DNA of 62,598 nucleotides, counting the filler, from a bacterium (GTDB taxonomy: Bacteria > UBP15 > UBA6099 > JAJRTR01): NCBI GenBank assembly GCA_024278215.1. It is 7 parts of 7 records of this genome, joined end to end, with 100 filler letters (N's around TTAATTAATTAA, not from the genome) between each part and the next. Parts side by side here need not be neighbours in the genome. Positions count along the whole stretch, not along the records: positions 4,228 to 14,842 come from JAJRTR010000063.1; positions 14,943 to 28,941 come from JAJRTR010000065.1; 5 more parts are not named here. One strand, written 5' to 3'. The notes beneath the pieces are model-generated. The model was not told where the DNA came from. It did not search any database and saw only the letters and a list, made by a program, of their open reading frames with translations. Of this stretch, positions 9,644 to 20,074 are shown piece after piece. Both the position numbers and the translations under genes were made by a program. Numbering within the stretch: position 1 is the first letter of the stretch; the number at the start of each line of letters is the position of its first letter.

Positions 9644-12600
9644 ATGAGAAAATTGAGATGGATGACAGTCCTGGCGGTAGCGGTATATATGTTGCTGCTT
9701 GGCGCAGCCAAGGTTTCAGCGGATGATGTGGAGTTTAAATTCACAATCCCCACTATTCCGGATACACCGATAATCGAGAGTGTAAGCAACTCCTCGGCAA
9801 TTGCCGGTCAGGATTCATTCACAGTATACGCGACAATCAACGGACAGACACAGCTCGAAGCCTGCTGCAACGGCACGTGTACGCACGAATGTGAACCGAA
9901 CTGCGACTTTTCCGCCTGCGAAATGGAAGACTACACCGGGCAGGCGGACCCGCGGGTCATTCCGAACCCGACATGTATCCCTAACGCAAACGACACGTCC
10001 GGCGGCAGCAACTCAAGCACATGCGGCGGCAAATCAGGGAACCCGAAAGTCTACTACTATTACAGCGGCGACACAAGCAACACAGCCAGTGTAGACATGA
10101 CCTATAACTCGACAACCGGGAAGTTCGAAGGAGTTATCCCAATCACAGGATTAAGCGAAGGTGATGAAGTTACATACTATATCGTGGCTGTAGACAGCAG
10201 GGGAAATGTCGTAGCGCAAGTACCAGACCCGGAAACAGCGCCCTGCACCACGATTTCCTCTTGGGCGTCCGAATACTCCACACCTGACATAGACAATTGC
10301 CAGTTCGCCAACAGCTATGAAGAGTGCGGCAAGTTTAAAAGTGGAACGCCAACCTGCTACTCAAGTAATAACACTGTTCGTGATATTGAAAATGATACAT
10401 GTGATGTCGACGGAAACACGACATCGGGTCTTGGCCTTGTGGATATCCTCGGCTTTTCCGCCGGGGCAGGAAAAGGCTTTTCAGATATGCCCAATGATGT
10501 TGTTGTCTGTACACAGATTACTCTGGGCGCAAATCCTCCCGACCCGGGCACAAGCAGCGGTGCGATCGAAGCTTATCTCATGATATTTTTCAACCCCGAC
10601 ATGCCCGACTCAAACCCGTATGACGTACACATGGAAAATGTTTTCGCCATTACCTACGCACCCGAAGCCGCCGGTGCAGACCCGAATCTGGTCAAGGTTC
10701 TCTGGGATGGCGAATGCGTAACAAACCCGAATACTGCGGATATCCTGGGCTGTAAACTCATCGTGGGCAGCCTGAGTGAAACAACGCTTCAGATCGGCGC
10801 GGCCGGCGGAAAACTCAGCTTCATCGCCAAAAACAGCCTGCCCAACGGCGACACCATTCTCGGCTCGACTCATAACTCGGCCAGGCTGATTATGGTAACC
10901 GGCGACATCGACCTCAGCGGCTCGACACCCTTCTGGCTGGTCGACCTCAGCGTGGGCCTCAGTACCGTGAAAGAAAACAAGACAGTTACCGTTGAACAAG
11001 CGGGCAAACCGGCCGCTACGCTGGCTGTCAATCCCGGCGAATGTAAAGCCTCGGGAGCTTCTTCCTACACTACCGGCACATGCCCTCAGAGCACCTCGGA
11101 ACCGGATTCAAACGAATGCAAGATCACCCTGTACGCTTCGCCCGACGCGGGCTTTACAGGCGAATACAAGATTTATGTCAACACAGTCGACGACGCGAGT
11201 TCCGCCACTTATGACAGCTCTATCACCTCAAACATTTCCGGAACCAATTATTTCCAGTATGTTATCGGCGACGACACGGGAGAACTCCTCGACGGCAAGA
11301 CATACTATTTCTTCTTTACGAGTGTGAACGATTCGAACCCGGACATGGAAACCGACATGTCGGAGGCGGCAAAGTCAAAATGCACAGTAGAAGACTGGGT
11401 GCCGCCCGCCGCGCCGAACAGCATGTCGTGCGCCACGCCCGACGGCAACGAGGGTATATGCGAATGCACATGGAACATGGACACACTCACCGACCCATCC
11501 GTACAGGGGTTCTTCATCAGCCGTGACTCCGTCAACCTCAATACCAGCCCATTTGGCGCAGTGCCGAACCAGTCGAGCTACCAGTACAGCTACACGGACA
11601 ACGACACCACCACGCTGGAACTCGGCGGCGGCCCCTACACATACAGGATCAAGGCTCTCGACGCCGGCGGCAACCAGTCTACAGCAGCCGGCGACGGCAG
11701 CGACACAGACACGTGCACACCTGAAGACCTCAAAAAACCCGGCAAGATCAGTTCGCTCTCCGTCACGCTCAAATCAGGCATATACGGCGTAGACCTTTCC
11801 TGGGAGCAGGGCGAAGACGAAGACCTGGCCGGCTACAATGTCTACAAGTGTGAGGTCAGCACAAGCGAGCAGACGGATTGCCAGACTAAAGACGACTACC
11901 TGACTGGCGGCTATAACGAAAAAATCAACTCTTCTATGATTGACAACAGCGGGACACTGGAAGTTGATTCCGAAAACTTCCCGCAGACTGACACCATGTT
12001 CTGCTTCTGGGTGGAAGCCTGCGACAACTGCGACACGGCAGGTACGTGCCCGAGCAAAACCACACCCAACTGCAGCAACCACGATACGACTACGATCTAC
12101 AGAAAATGTCTCACGATAACGAGCGTACCGGACCCATATAAGCCCGATCTGCCGACTTCAGTATCCACGACGGCGTCGGCGGTGGGCGGAGCGTGCGAGA
12201 TCACTTTCAGCCGTGTAACATCCGACGACGAAGGCGCATTCGAGAATTCGAGTTATCCCACACCGGTGGAACTCATGGGCTACTATCTGATGCGCACGGA
12301 AGCCATCGGCGGCGACTGTACAACAACCCCCCTGGGTAATCCAGGCAACCTGGGCAGTTCCATCATAGCCGGAACAGTCACCGCCGCCCAGCAACTCGAA
12401 GATACTCTCGACACTACCGACGACAATAACGGTGACGGCCTCACGAATGGGACCCAGTACTGCTATACCGTTTACTCTTATGATGCCGCAGGTAACTTCA
12501 AGACCGACACATTGACTTCCAGCCAGATAGGATCATGCACACCGGCAGACACCAAGGCACCGGACAAACCGGTCATGGAGCCTATGGTGTTCGACGAGTA

Positions 12601-14053
12601 TTCATGCACACCGAGCTGGGGCGCAGTGACAGACAAAGACTCCGTCACCTATAACGTCTACAGATGTGATGATAAAATAGAAAACTGCACAACGACTGGT
12701 GACTACGCTTTGCTTGGCGATGGAACCGGCATACAGACAACAACATTGCAGGACTATAATGTAACAACTGACGATGACTATACCTATTGTGCTTCAGCAT
12801 TGGACCCCAGCTCCAACGAAAGCACTGTATATGAAAGTTCAGACCTGACAAACTGCCAGGTATGTACTCCTTCGAACAGGCCCGCGGCACCTGACGCGAC
12901 AACTGCATGGCAATTCTCCGCTTCGCCGAACTACGGCGCGAAAGCATGCTGGACGGATTCCACCGACTACGATGTCGGCGGACAGGGCTACAACCTCTAT
13001 GCCTGCAAGACGGATTGCAACGGCAAAGAAGCTTCCACCTGCTGTGACCTCCAGGTCGAAACAGGCTACACCGGCAGCCACGCTTGCACAGACGGCAACG
13101 AATGGGTAAAGAACACCATTACGGTGACCGAGACGGCCGACTACTACATCGGCGTTACTTATGTAAACGACAACGGAATAGAATCGTTCGCGTCTCTCAC
13201 AAGCAACGCAGTGAACATTGAAACGCAGGACGCGTGTGTTATCGACCCCAGTGTTTGCAAGACCGTTATTAAGCTGAAGAAGCCCGTCAAGAAGATGCTT
13301 GTAGAGGCCTGCACAGGAGCGGATATCGGCGACGCGACCGCTTGCAAGGCGACCGGCGAAGCGGCGACCGGCGGCTCATGCAAGTCCAACGGTATTATGA
13401 GAAAATGTGAAGTACCCCAGAGCGGCTTGAAAGTGGAACTGGTGCCGATTACCGGCAGTTCGAGAGCCGCCGGCAGAGATTACGGCACTCCCATCAAAAC
13501 AGGGATCACGAACGCGAGTGGAACTGTCGAATTCATGGTTCCCGACTCAGACATCCAGGCTGGCACAGAGTATGTCGTCAGGCTGAGAGTCGACAACTAC
13601 GATACCGCGATGGAAAACATGTGTGATAACGATGCCTCCAGCGATGGTTTCTGTGGCATGGACCTTACAGACCCGGCGGAAATCGACACTTCCGGAGACA
13701 CTGTGACAATGGAGGAGACACCGCCGACACTGCCCCCGAACTCCAGCGACGGCGGCTTCACAGGCGACATCGGCAACTTTAATGGGGACGGAAATGTCAA
13801 TGCCCTGGACCTTGCGAAACTAAAGCCTGCCTGGGGTTCCCCTCTGGGTACAGATTGCTACAGAACATGGGCTGACGTCAACATGGACGGCAACATCAAT
13901 GCTCTTGATCTGGCAACCATCAAGGGCTTCTGGGGAAAACCTGTTGATTCAAGCGCCATCGATCCATCTGCTCCCGGTGCCATGGTGGCTGGCTATAAGA
14001 TAGTGGACGGAGTGAAAACTCCAGAGACATGGCCCCCGGACGAATGTAAATAA
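9644..14053 (+). CDS. Large secreted Cys-rich protein with Fn3-like repeats and C-terminal dockerin-like domain
   Basis: Signal peptide; Fn3 motifs (Y.Y.I.A.DAGGN.S, DLAGYNVY); paired Ca loops NFNGDGNVNALDL and DVNMDGNINALDL. Confidence 0.85.
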   Translation: MRKLRWMTVLAVAVYMLLLGAAKVSADDVEFKFTIPTIPDTPIIESVSNSSAIAGQDSFTVYATINGQTQLEACCNGTCTHECEPNCDFSACEMEDYTGQADPRVIPNPTCIPNANDTSGGSNSSTCGGKSGNPKVYYYYSGDTSNTASVDMTYNSTTGKFEGVIPITGLSEGDEVTYYIVAVDSRGNVVAQVPDPETAPCTTISSWASEYSTPDIDNCQFANSYEECGKFKSGTPTCYSSNNTVRDIENDTCDVDGNTTSGLGLVDILGFSAGAGKGFSDMPNDVVVCTQITLGANPPDPGTSSGAIEAYLMIFFNPDMPDSNPYDVHMENVFAITYAPEAAGADPNLVKVLWDGECVTNPNTADILGCKLIVGSLSETTLQIGAAGGKLSFIAKNSLPNGDTILGSTHNSARLIMVTGDIDLSGSTPFWLVDLSVGLSTVKENKTVTVEQAGKPAATLAVNPGECKASGASSYTTGTCPQSTSEPDSNECKITLYASPDAGFTGEYKIYVNTVDDASSATYDSSITSNISGTNYFQYVIGDDTGELLDGKTYYFFFTSVNDSNPDMETDMSEAAKSKCTVEDWVPPAAPNSMSCATPDGNEGICECTWNMDTLTDPSVQGFFISRDSVNLNTSPFGAVPNQSSYQYSYTDNDTTTLELGGGPYTYRIKALDAGGNQSTAAGDGSDTDTCTPEDLKKPGKISSLSVTLKSGIYGVDLSWEQGEDEDLAGYNVYKCEVSTSEQTDCQTKDDYLTGGYNEKINSSMIDNSGTLEVDSENFPQTDTMFCFWVEACDNCDTAGTCPSKTTPNCSNHDTTTIYRKCLTITSVPDPYKPDLPTSVSTTASAVGGACEITFSRVTSDDEGAFENSSYPTPVELMGYYLMRTEAIGGDCTTTPLGNPGNLGSSIIAGTVTAAQQLEDTLDTTDDNNGDGLTNGTQYCYTVYSYDAAGNFKTDTLTSSQIGSCTPADTKAPDKPVMEPMVFDEYSCTPSWGAVTDKDSVTYNVYRCDDKIENCTTTGDYALLGDGTGIQTTTLQDYNVTTDDDYTYCASALDPSSNESTVYESSDLTNCQVCTPSNRPAAPDATTAWQFSASPNYGAKACWTDSTDYDVGGQGYNLYACKTDCNGKEASTCCDLQVETGYTGSHACTDGNEWVKNTITVTETADYYIGVTYVNDNGIESFASLTSNAVNIETQDACVIDPSVCKTVIKLKKPVKKMLVEACTGADIGDATACKATGEAATGGSCKSNGIMRKCEVPQSGLKVELVPITGSSRAAGRDYGTPIKTGITNASGTVEFMVPDSDIQAGTEYVVRLRVDNYDTAMENMCDNDASSDGFCGMDLTDPAEIDTSGDTVTMEETPPTLPPNSSDGGFTGDIGNFNGDGNVNALDLAKLKPAWGSPLGTDCYRTWADVNMDGNINALDLATIKGFWGKPVDSSAIDPSAPGAMVAGYKIVDGVKTPETWPPDECK

Positions 14054-14078
14054 CAACAGCATTTCAAGACTTTCAGAT

Positions 14079-14114
14079 AAAAAAAACCGCGGCCCGGAAA
14101 GCCGCGGTTTTTTT
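14079..14114. terminator. Bidirectional intrinsic terminator
   Basis: A-tract, AACCGCGGC/GCCGCGGTT stem, T-tract just after the stop codon. Confidence 0.9.
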
Positions 14115-14162
14115 GTCCATGCGCCCTGTCAACAAAAGGGAAAATATCGAAAATAAGCATCC

Positions 14163-14289
14163 GGGTGTGCGACATAAAAGCAGGTTAAAAACAACCACAT
14201 TTTTAATGTGCGAAAAACAGGGACTGGTAACGCTGTTTTTTCGGTACCTGTCCCGCTTTTCGCAAAAACCCACTTTTGTGTCGCACACC
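14163..14289. mobile_element. MITE family B (~125 bp, TIR GGTGTGCGACAYAAAAG)
   Basis: Inverted termini; copies at 17706-17828 and 32398-32508. Confidence 0.85.
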
Positions 14290-14306
14290 TTAAACAGCTA
14301 TAACAT

Positions 14307-14335
14307 TTGACAACTGTTTGCGAGACATCTAAACT
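14307..14335 (+). promoter_or_regulatory. Sigma70-type promoter of ffh
   Basis: TTGACA-17 bp-TAAACT, followed by an AGGAGG RBS. Confidence 0.75.
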
Positions 14336-14374
14336 ATATGATTGCCCTTGAGAAAGTAGGAGGCGGAAGTTTGT

Positions 14375-14842
14375 ATGCTCGACAGTTTCAGTGAAAAGCT
14401 CGGCGCGACGTTTAAAAAACTGAGCGGAAAAGGACAGATAACCGAGAAGAATGTCAAGGAGGCTCTGCGCGAGCTTCGTTTCACGCTGCTCGAAGCCGAC
14501 GTCAACTTTGATGTGGTAAAAAGATTCATCGGCGATGTGCGGGAAGCGGCGATGGGCGAGGCGGTCATGAAGAGCCTGACGCCTCATCAGCAGTTCTTCA
14601 AGATAGTTCGCGACAACCTCACGGACATGCTCGGCGGCGAGCATGAAAGCCTGATCGTCGCGCCTGCCGCGCCCACTATTTATCTCGTGTGCGGTCTTCA
14701 GGGCTCGGGCAAGACCACCACCTGCGGCAAGCTGGGTATGATGCTCTCGAAAAAGGACAAGAGTGTGCTCGCTGTTCCGCTCGATGTCTACCGGCCCGCC
14801 GCTATCGACCAGCTCCGCATCGTCGCTGATAAAACAGGCATC
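14375..14842 (+). CDS. ffh: Signal recognition particle protein (3' truncated)
   Basis: LLEADVN, GLQGSGKTTT, DVYRPAA. Confidence 0.97.
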
Positions 14843-14942
14843 NNNNNNNNNNNNNNNNNNNNNNNNNNNNNNNNNNNNNNNNNNNNTTAATTAATTAANN
14901 NNNNNNNNNNNNNNNNNNNNNNNNNNNNNNNNNNNNNNNNNN
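14843..14942. other. Artificial contig linker
   Basis: N run with TTAATTAATTAA. Confidence 0.98.
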
Positions 14943-15148
14943 TATAGTTTGAGCACGGCACACAGAGTTTCATCGTTCCAAAGGTCTACCTTGGAAACGC
15001 CTGTAACTGGAAGCTCCAGCTTTCACCGATCTCTTTACAGCATTTCTTTACCATCCTGCGTAGCATTTCAGTCGTAAGATACTAATTCTTCAACAGCGCA
15101 AACAGAAATCACACACACATAAAACACAAACTACCACGGAGGTGGAAC

Positions 15149-15556
15149 ATGGCGGAAATGAACGAGCTGCTTTCGGCTACATATTTGCTGAAGGCGGGAG
15201 AAACAACGATGGAGCAGGGCTGCGTGGCTGTGCTGGACGCTGCGACGGAGGGCCAGGTGACGAACCCGGCGGGCGCGGGCGCGGGCAGTCTCGCGGGCGT
15301 GCTGCGCGACACTTCGCTCGAAGCGGGCGCACACGGTGCTTTCCAGGTGGCCGGCATCGCGAAGGTGAAGATCGCCGAGCAGGTGGCGATCGGCGATGTG
15401 CTGATAGTGGCGGACACGCAGGGCCGCGTCAAGCCCAAGGGCGACACTGCGCACGCGAGCGGTACAGGTATCGTCGGCAGGGCCATAAGCGCGGGTGCTT
15501 CGGCGGGCTCCGTCGTCAAGTGCATTCTCACTATCCCCAACGAGTATAGCTCGTAA
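15149..15556 (+). CDS. Capsid cement/decoration protein (DUF2190-like)
   Basis: 135 aa, G/A-rich; GIAKVKIAEQVAIGDVL..D.QGRV..IVGRA pattern; immediately precedes the capsid gene. Confidence 0.8.
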   Translation: MAEMNELLSATYLLKAGETTMEQGCVAVLDAATEGQVTNPAGAGAGSLAGVLRDTSLEAGAHGAFQVAGIAKVKIAEQVAIGDVLIVADTQGRVKPKGDTAHASGTGIVGRAISAGASAGSVVKCILTIPNEYSS

Positions 15557-15583
15557 ACACATTCATCGACTGGAGGTGAAACA

Positions 15584-16537
15584 ATGAGCACAAGAGGAAA
15601 CATTCACATCGACAGGGCGCTGAGCGCGTTCTCTCTGAAGTACCGCAACGGCGCTTTCGTGTCGGACATCATCGTGCCGCGTGTGGACGTGGCGAAGGAA
15701 AGCGACAAATATTTCGTGTACGGCCGCCAGGACTTCAGGTCTTCGCAGGACATCAGGGCCGACAAGGCGGACACTAATTTCATTGATTCATGGAAGATCG
15801 AATCGACGCCCACATATACATGCGTCGAGCATTCGCTTGCCGATCTGGTGAGCGACCGCGAGCGGAAAAATGCGGACGAACCGCTTTCGCCGGACTTCGA
15901 TGTTACCGAGAATCTCACCAACATGATCTCTCTCAACAGGGAAAAGCGTGTGGCTGACACGCTCACAGCGACCGCGACTTTCGCGACAAGCGGCAACTAT
16001 GTCACCCTCAGCGGCGACGAGCAGTGGAACGACGCGGGTTTCGACAGCGCAAGCAGCGTAAACGCTATCGAGGTGCGGGTCGACACGGCAAAAGAGGCCA
16101 TCCGCGGCGCTATCGGTCGCGACCCGAACACGATTATCATCCCTGCCGCAGTGGCAAAGGTTGTCAAACGCGACCCGGCTGTCCGGGAGCTTCTCAAGTA
16201 CACAAACAGCACGCTGCTCGTCAACGGCGACCTGCCGCCCACGCTGTGGAACATGAAGGTTGTCGTGCCCGGCGGCGTGTACGACTCCGCCGAGGAAGGC
16301 CAGACTTTCTCCGGGACCGATATATGGGGCAGGCATGTGCTGCTCGCTTATGTCGCGTCCAACCCGCGCACACCGCGCACGATGACCCTGGGGCTCACAT
16401 TTCAGAGTCAGGCCAGGCAGACTTCCAAGTGGCGCGAAGACGGTCGTAAATCCGATGCTGTCGAGGTGTCGGAAATCCTGGTCGAAAAAGTAGTCTGCGA
16501 ATACTGCGGATATCTCATCCGCAACGCAATCGCCTGA
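15584..16537 (+). CDS. Major capsid protein (type associated with Mu-like heads)
   Basis: HIDRALS.FSLKYRN..FVSD.I.P.V.V.KESDKY start; EKRVA, PNTIII, DIWG and GYLIRNAIA end. Confidence 0.88.
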   Translation: MSTRGNIHIDRALSAFSLKYRNGAFVSDIIVPRVDVAKESDKYFVYGRQDFRSSQDIRADKADTNFIDSWKIESTPTYTCVEHSLADLVSDRERKNADEPLSPDFDVTENLTNMISLNREKRVADTLTATATFATSGNYVTLSGDEQWNDAGFDSASSVNAIEVRVDTAKEAIRGAIGRDPNTIIIPAAVAKVVKRDPAVRELLKYTNSTLLVNGDLPPTLWNMKVVVPGGVYDSAEEGQTFSGTDIWGRHVLLAYVASNPRTPRTMTLGLTFQSQARQTSKWREDGRKSDAVEVSEILVEKVVCEYCGYLIRNAIA

Positions 16538-16565
16538 GGCACGCAAGCTGCCGCGGCAACACACA

Positions 16566-16599
16566 GGAGGGCGGGCCGCAACGGTCCGCTCTCCCCTTT
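16566..16599 (+). terminator. Stem-loop after the capsid gene (terminator or mRNA stabiliser)
   Basis: GGAGGGCGGGCCG-CAA-CGGTCCGCTCTCC followed by a short T run. Confidence 0.55.
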
Positions 16600-16628
16600 G
16601 CGGTGTTGTGAAAAGGACGGTGAGAATT

Positions 16629-17657
16629 ATGAAATATCACGATTTTCAACATCCGCCGGTCTGCATCTGGGCGGATGCGACTGTCGCCGACTTTGACAAT
16701 GATATAAAACAATATCTGGCGCCACAACCGCGCGTGTTGTTTATAAGAGACAACGGGGCGGGTGATGTGATTATGAGTGTGCCTGCGGTGCGCGAATTGA
16801 AACGCCGGCTGCCGGATGCCTACATTACCTACGCCACACTACCGAAGCACACCGGCCTCCTCGACGGTATCGAATGTATCGACGAGGTGATTGATGTCGG
16901 CGAACTCGATATGCGCGCCGGCGGCTATTCGCTGATTGTCAACTGGACGCGCGCGGTCGAAAACTACTCGATCGAGCGCAACCGCCGACACCGCATAGAC
17001 AGCTTCGCGCTTCAACTCGGGCTCGGCGTGCTCGCGGACAGGCGCACGGAACTGCATCTTTCAGCAGCCGACCGGCGCGCCGCCGCCGAAATGCTTTCCG
17101 GTCGTGGCGGGCGGTTTGTCGGCTACGTGATGCGGGCGGCCACATGGAACCGCACATGGCCGCTGTGGCGTGTGCCGAGGCTGTGCGCCGAGCTGGCGCG
17201 CATGATGCCGGATCATTGCGTTGTTCTCATCGACGCGCAGTCGGAATGCGGCTTCGAAGCGCCAAATGTTGTCGATGCCTGCGGCCGCACACGCACATTC
17301 AAACAGGCCGCCGCTCTGCTCGAACACTGCGACGCCGCGATCACGCAGGATACGGGACTCGCGCACGCTTGCGGCGCGCTGGGCGTGCCGGCGGTCGCGC
17401 TCGCCGGTGGCATTCCGCCGGAAGTGCGTTTCTCGACATACCCGCACTTCCGCTGCATCCACCCGGCCACCCGCGTCGACTGCTGCCCCTGCTGGGACTG
17501 GCAGGAGAGATACGTTGACGGCCCGCGCTCGGGAAGTCGCAAATCCTGCCGCGCGACAGCAATAAACGTCTGTCTCGAATCCATATCTGCGGCGGAGATC
17601 GCGAGGGAAACAGCCGAACTTGTGCAGCTTTTGCAACAAAAACAAGCCGGGCGTTGA
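16629..17657 (+). CDS. Glycosyltransferase family 9 (heptosyltransferase-like)
   Basis: GAGDVIMSVPAVRELK, RTWP, QDTGLAHACGALGVP, Cys-rich C-terminus (CCPCW). Confidence 0.85.
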   Translation: MKYHDFQHPPVCIWADATVADFDNDIKQYLAPQPRVLFIRDNGAGDVIMSVPAVRELKRRLPDAYITYATLPKHTGLLDGIECIDEVIDVGELDMRAGGYSLIVNWTRAVENYSIERNRRHRIDSFALQLGLGVLADRRTELHLSAADRRAAAEMLSGRGGRFVGYVMRAATWNRTWPLWRVPRLCAELARMMPDHCVVLIDAQSECGFEAPNVVDACGRTRTFKQAAALLEHCDAAITQDTGLAHACGALGVPAVALAGGIPPEVRFSTYPHFRCIHPATRVDCCPCWDWQERYVDGPRSGSRKSCRATAINVCLESISAAEIARETAELVQLLQQKQAGR

Positions 17658-18265
17658 TGCTTAAGAGAGACGCTGAACGATTCCGAAAACTCGACGAGCG
17701 CATAAGGGTGTGCGACACAAAAGTGTGCGAAAAGCGGGACAGGTACCGCAAAAAACAGCGTTACCAGTCCCTGTTTTTCGCACATTAAAAATGTGGTTGT
17801 TTTTAACCCACTTTTATGTCGCACACCCGAGCGCATAAGGGAAATTGACAGAATGTACAATCTGCATAAAAATGAGAAGGGTGCGGATGCGAGGGCGGCG
17901 GCGATGATGCGTAAGGCATTGCTCTGTACGCACAACTTGTCTATGCGCTTGATAAGGAAAATAAGTGCGATGAGGCCGCGAGTTACGTTGCCGCGATCGA
18001 CACTCTTTACAATGACAGGACCCTTCTGGTCGCATACAACCCGTTGTTCCCATTAGGTCTGGTTTTTTTCTACTCCGACATGGAGGGCTATAAGAAGGAA
18101 CCTCCTGATTTTGACGAGTATCTCCAGGCGACAAGCGCCCCGCCCTTCGATGGCAGTGAAAACTGCGAGGATGTCGAAAAGCAACTCGACATGATCATTT
18201 ATGGCAGGGTCGTCGATGAAAATGAGATAGACGCCGGCGATTGGGAAAAGGAACTGGATAAATAA
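17657..18265 (+). pseudogene. Hypothetical gene broken by a MITE-B insertion and a frameshift
   Basis: MLKRDAERFRKLDERIR|EIDRMYN reads through once the MITE and one TSD copy are removed; frame switch near 17915 into AQLVYALDKENKCDEA...ELDK. Confidence 0.55.
17706..17828. mobile_element. MITE family B with 10-bp target duplication
   Basis: GGGTGTGCGACA...TGTCGCACACCC flanked by GAGCGCATAA at 17696-17705 and 17829-17838. Confidence 0.9.
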
Positions 18266-18356
18266 ACCGGATTCCTTTGCATAAAACCGGTTAGTGGTCT
18301 AATAACAGAGACTACGGACATGTCACATTTGCAAATGCGCAAGATGTGTAGACAAG

Positions 18357-18444
18357 GGCGGGGTCACCGTACCCCGCCTGAGCATATTTCTCGCGAAAAC
18401 GGTTTTTACAAGCACAAGTTGAGGCGGGGTACGGTGATCCCGCC
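18357..18444. repeat. REP-like inverted pair (REPIN-type)
   Basis: GGCGGGGTCACCGTACCCCGCCT and its near-perfect reverse complement, separated by a 42-bp spacer. Confidence 0.7.
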
Positions 18445-18489
18445 ACACTTATATCGTTTTTACGCTAATCCATCTTACGTCTTTTTTCA

Positions 18490-18541
18490 TCGTTCCGGGG
18501 CTCCGACCCGGAACGCAACGACTGAACGCCCCGAGTTCACC
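18490..18541 (+). repeat. REP-like repeat family C
   Basis: TCGTTCCGGGGCTCCGACCCGGAACGC..ACTGAACG; also at 21312-21363 and 58480-58531. Confidence 0.8.
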
Positions 18542-18611
18542 CCATTATTCGCCTGGCGACAACATGTTGTCGCTTACGGCTCGATAGGGGTCTATTTCAT
18601 GTTGGGATCAA

Positions 18612-19832
18612 CTATCCGAGAATATCGCCGAAATCGGTTTTCAATACTCCTTCGTCATAATACTTAAGTTTGTCATTGTGTTTTCTCCATCGGGAATCTT
18701 TAAAATATTCCCCCAGCATATACGGCAACTTTTCCACGAAAACCACCTCACGCATCTTATCGACAACCACCATCTTCTTGTTGTATCCGTTTTGAAACCA
18801 TTCGAACAATTGGGCGTTTATTCCGGTATCTCCAAAACTGTAGCCGATAACTACAAGCCTGTCAGTCTGCCAAAGATATTGTCTGAATCTGCGGTGTAGT
18901 TCATTAAATTGCAATGACAAGTATGATTCTATTTTATTCTCTGTTCCGATCAGGATGCAATGGCCGGCTGGTTCATAATTCACTCCAGAACCATCCAGAA
19001 CTTTTGTGTATTCATTATCAATATCTTTGTTGCCTACATATTTTGCGAGAATTGGAGGACCAACTTTATCATCATCAGCAGCCTTATAGCGGCGCCAATT
19101 AATCGAACCGTGAAGTTTCAGGAGCCTGACCCGATTATTGCTTTCAGTATCAAAGACACTAGGCTCCCACTTTCTGAGCTCTCCGTCACTTTCCGCGAAA
19201 CCATCTACATAGCGAATATCGTATTTATCAAAATATTGCTCAAGCACAGTATCGTGATTCAATGAAAAAATGTTCACTGGCATATTCTTGCTGTTTTTAA
19301 GTCTACAGAAAACAGTCTCCAGTTTTTCTAATTCAATATTCTTATGGTTATCTTTCAGCATCCTGATAACGGTATTGATAAGGTAGGTCGCCGCGTCTTC
19401 CAGAATCGTTCCCAGGTTTCCGACGTTCCTGTTTTCAGGCGTATTTTTCCATTTATCATTTAATTGTTCGTAATTTATTTGTTCAGATAATATACAACCG
19501 TAAGGATTGTAATCCCCGCAGTTATGCTGATGTAGCTGGGGAAGCATGTAAAACAGGTCTTCATAATTAACGGAATGTATTTTTTCTTCTGTCACGGAGA
19601 AAAAACATACATTTGTATTCTTATCCTCTGCAAAACAATATAGCCTTCTGAGAAACTCTAAGACAAGCTTGGAGTATGTTTCTTTTTCAAATCTATTTTC
19701 TCTTAGAATATAATTTGGGGTTTCCTGGATTCCTCTTTCCGATATAATTACATTTGTTATTTCGCTAGTCGATGGTTGGCCAAGTGCCGTTGACAATCCT
19801 GCTCCAATAAGATAGGAAATTCTTTCGTCCAT
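18612..19832 (-). CDS. SIR2-like (SIR2_2) domain protein, candidate defence NADase
   Basis: IGAGLS, FSLNHD, LKLHGSINW, VIGYSFGD motifs; AT-rich. Confidence 0.85.
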   Translation of the reverse strand: MDERISYLIGAGLSTALGQPSTSEITNVIISERGIQETPNYILRENRFEKETYSKLVLEFLRRLYCFAEDKNTNVCFFSVTEEKIHSVNYEDLFYMLPQLHQHNCGDYNPYGCILSEQINYEQLNDKWKNTPENRNVGNLGTILEDAATYLINTVIRMLKDNHKNIELEKLETVFCRLKNSKNMPVNIFSLNHDTVLEQYFDKYDIRYVDGFAESDGELRKWEPSVFDTESNNRVRLLKLHGSINWRRYKAADDDKVGPPILAKYVGNKDIDNEYTKVLDGSGVNYEPAGHCILIGTENKIESYLSLQFNELHRRFRQYLWQTDRLVVIGYSFGDTGINAQLFEWFQNGYNKKMVVVDKMREVVFVEKLPYMLGEYFKDSRWRKHNDKLKYYDEGVLKTDFGDILG

Positions 19833-20074
19833 ATTATCATCTCCATGTTTATTCATTATACAATGGGAATGGTATCACAGTAAATTATGGACAGGCGCTA
19901 GGAGAATTGCTTCTTGCGGATGCAAGAGCGGCGGCGATGATGATTGATGCGTTGCAAAAGTTCGATGATAAAGTCGAGCACCCCATCTGAAGAAAATAAT
20001 GCTTCTTCGCTATTTAGTGTGGGTAGAGAAATGTAGTGTGCCAGAGGATAACCAAATGTTTGCAAAAACCTATT

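Noticed and set aside
15584-16537. Encapsulin nanocompartment
   Set aside because: The sequence and context (cement, adaptor, tail genes, portal) fit a phage capsid.
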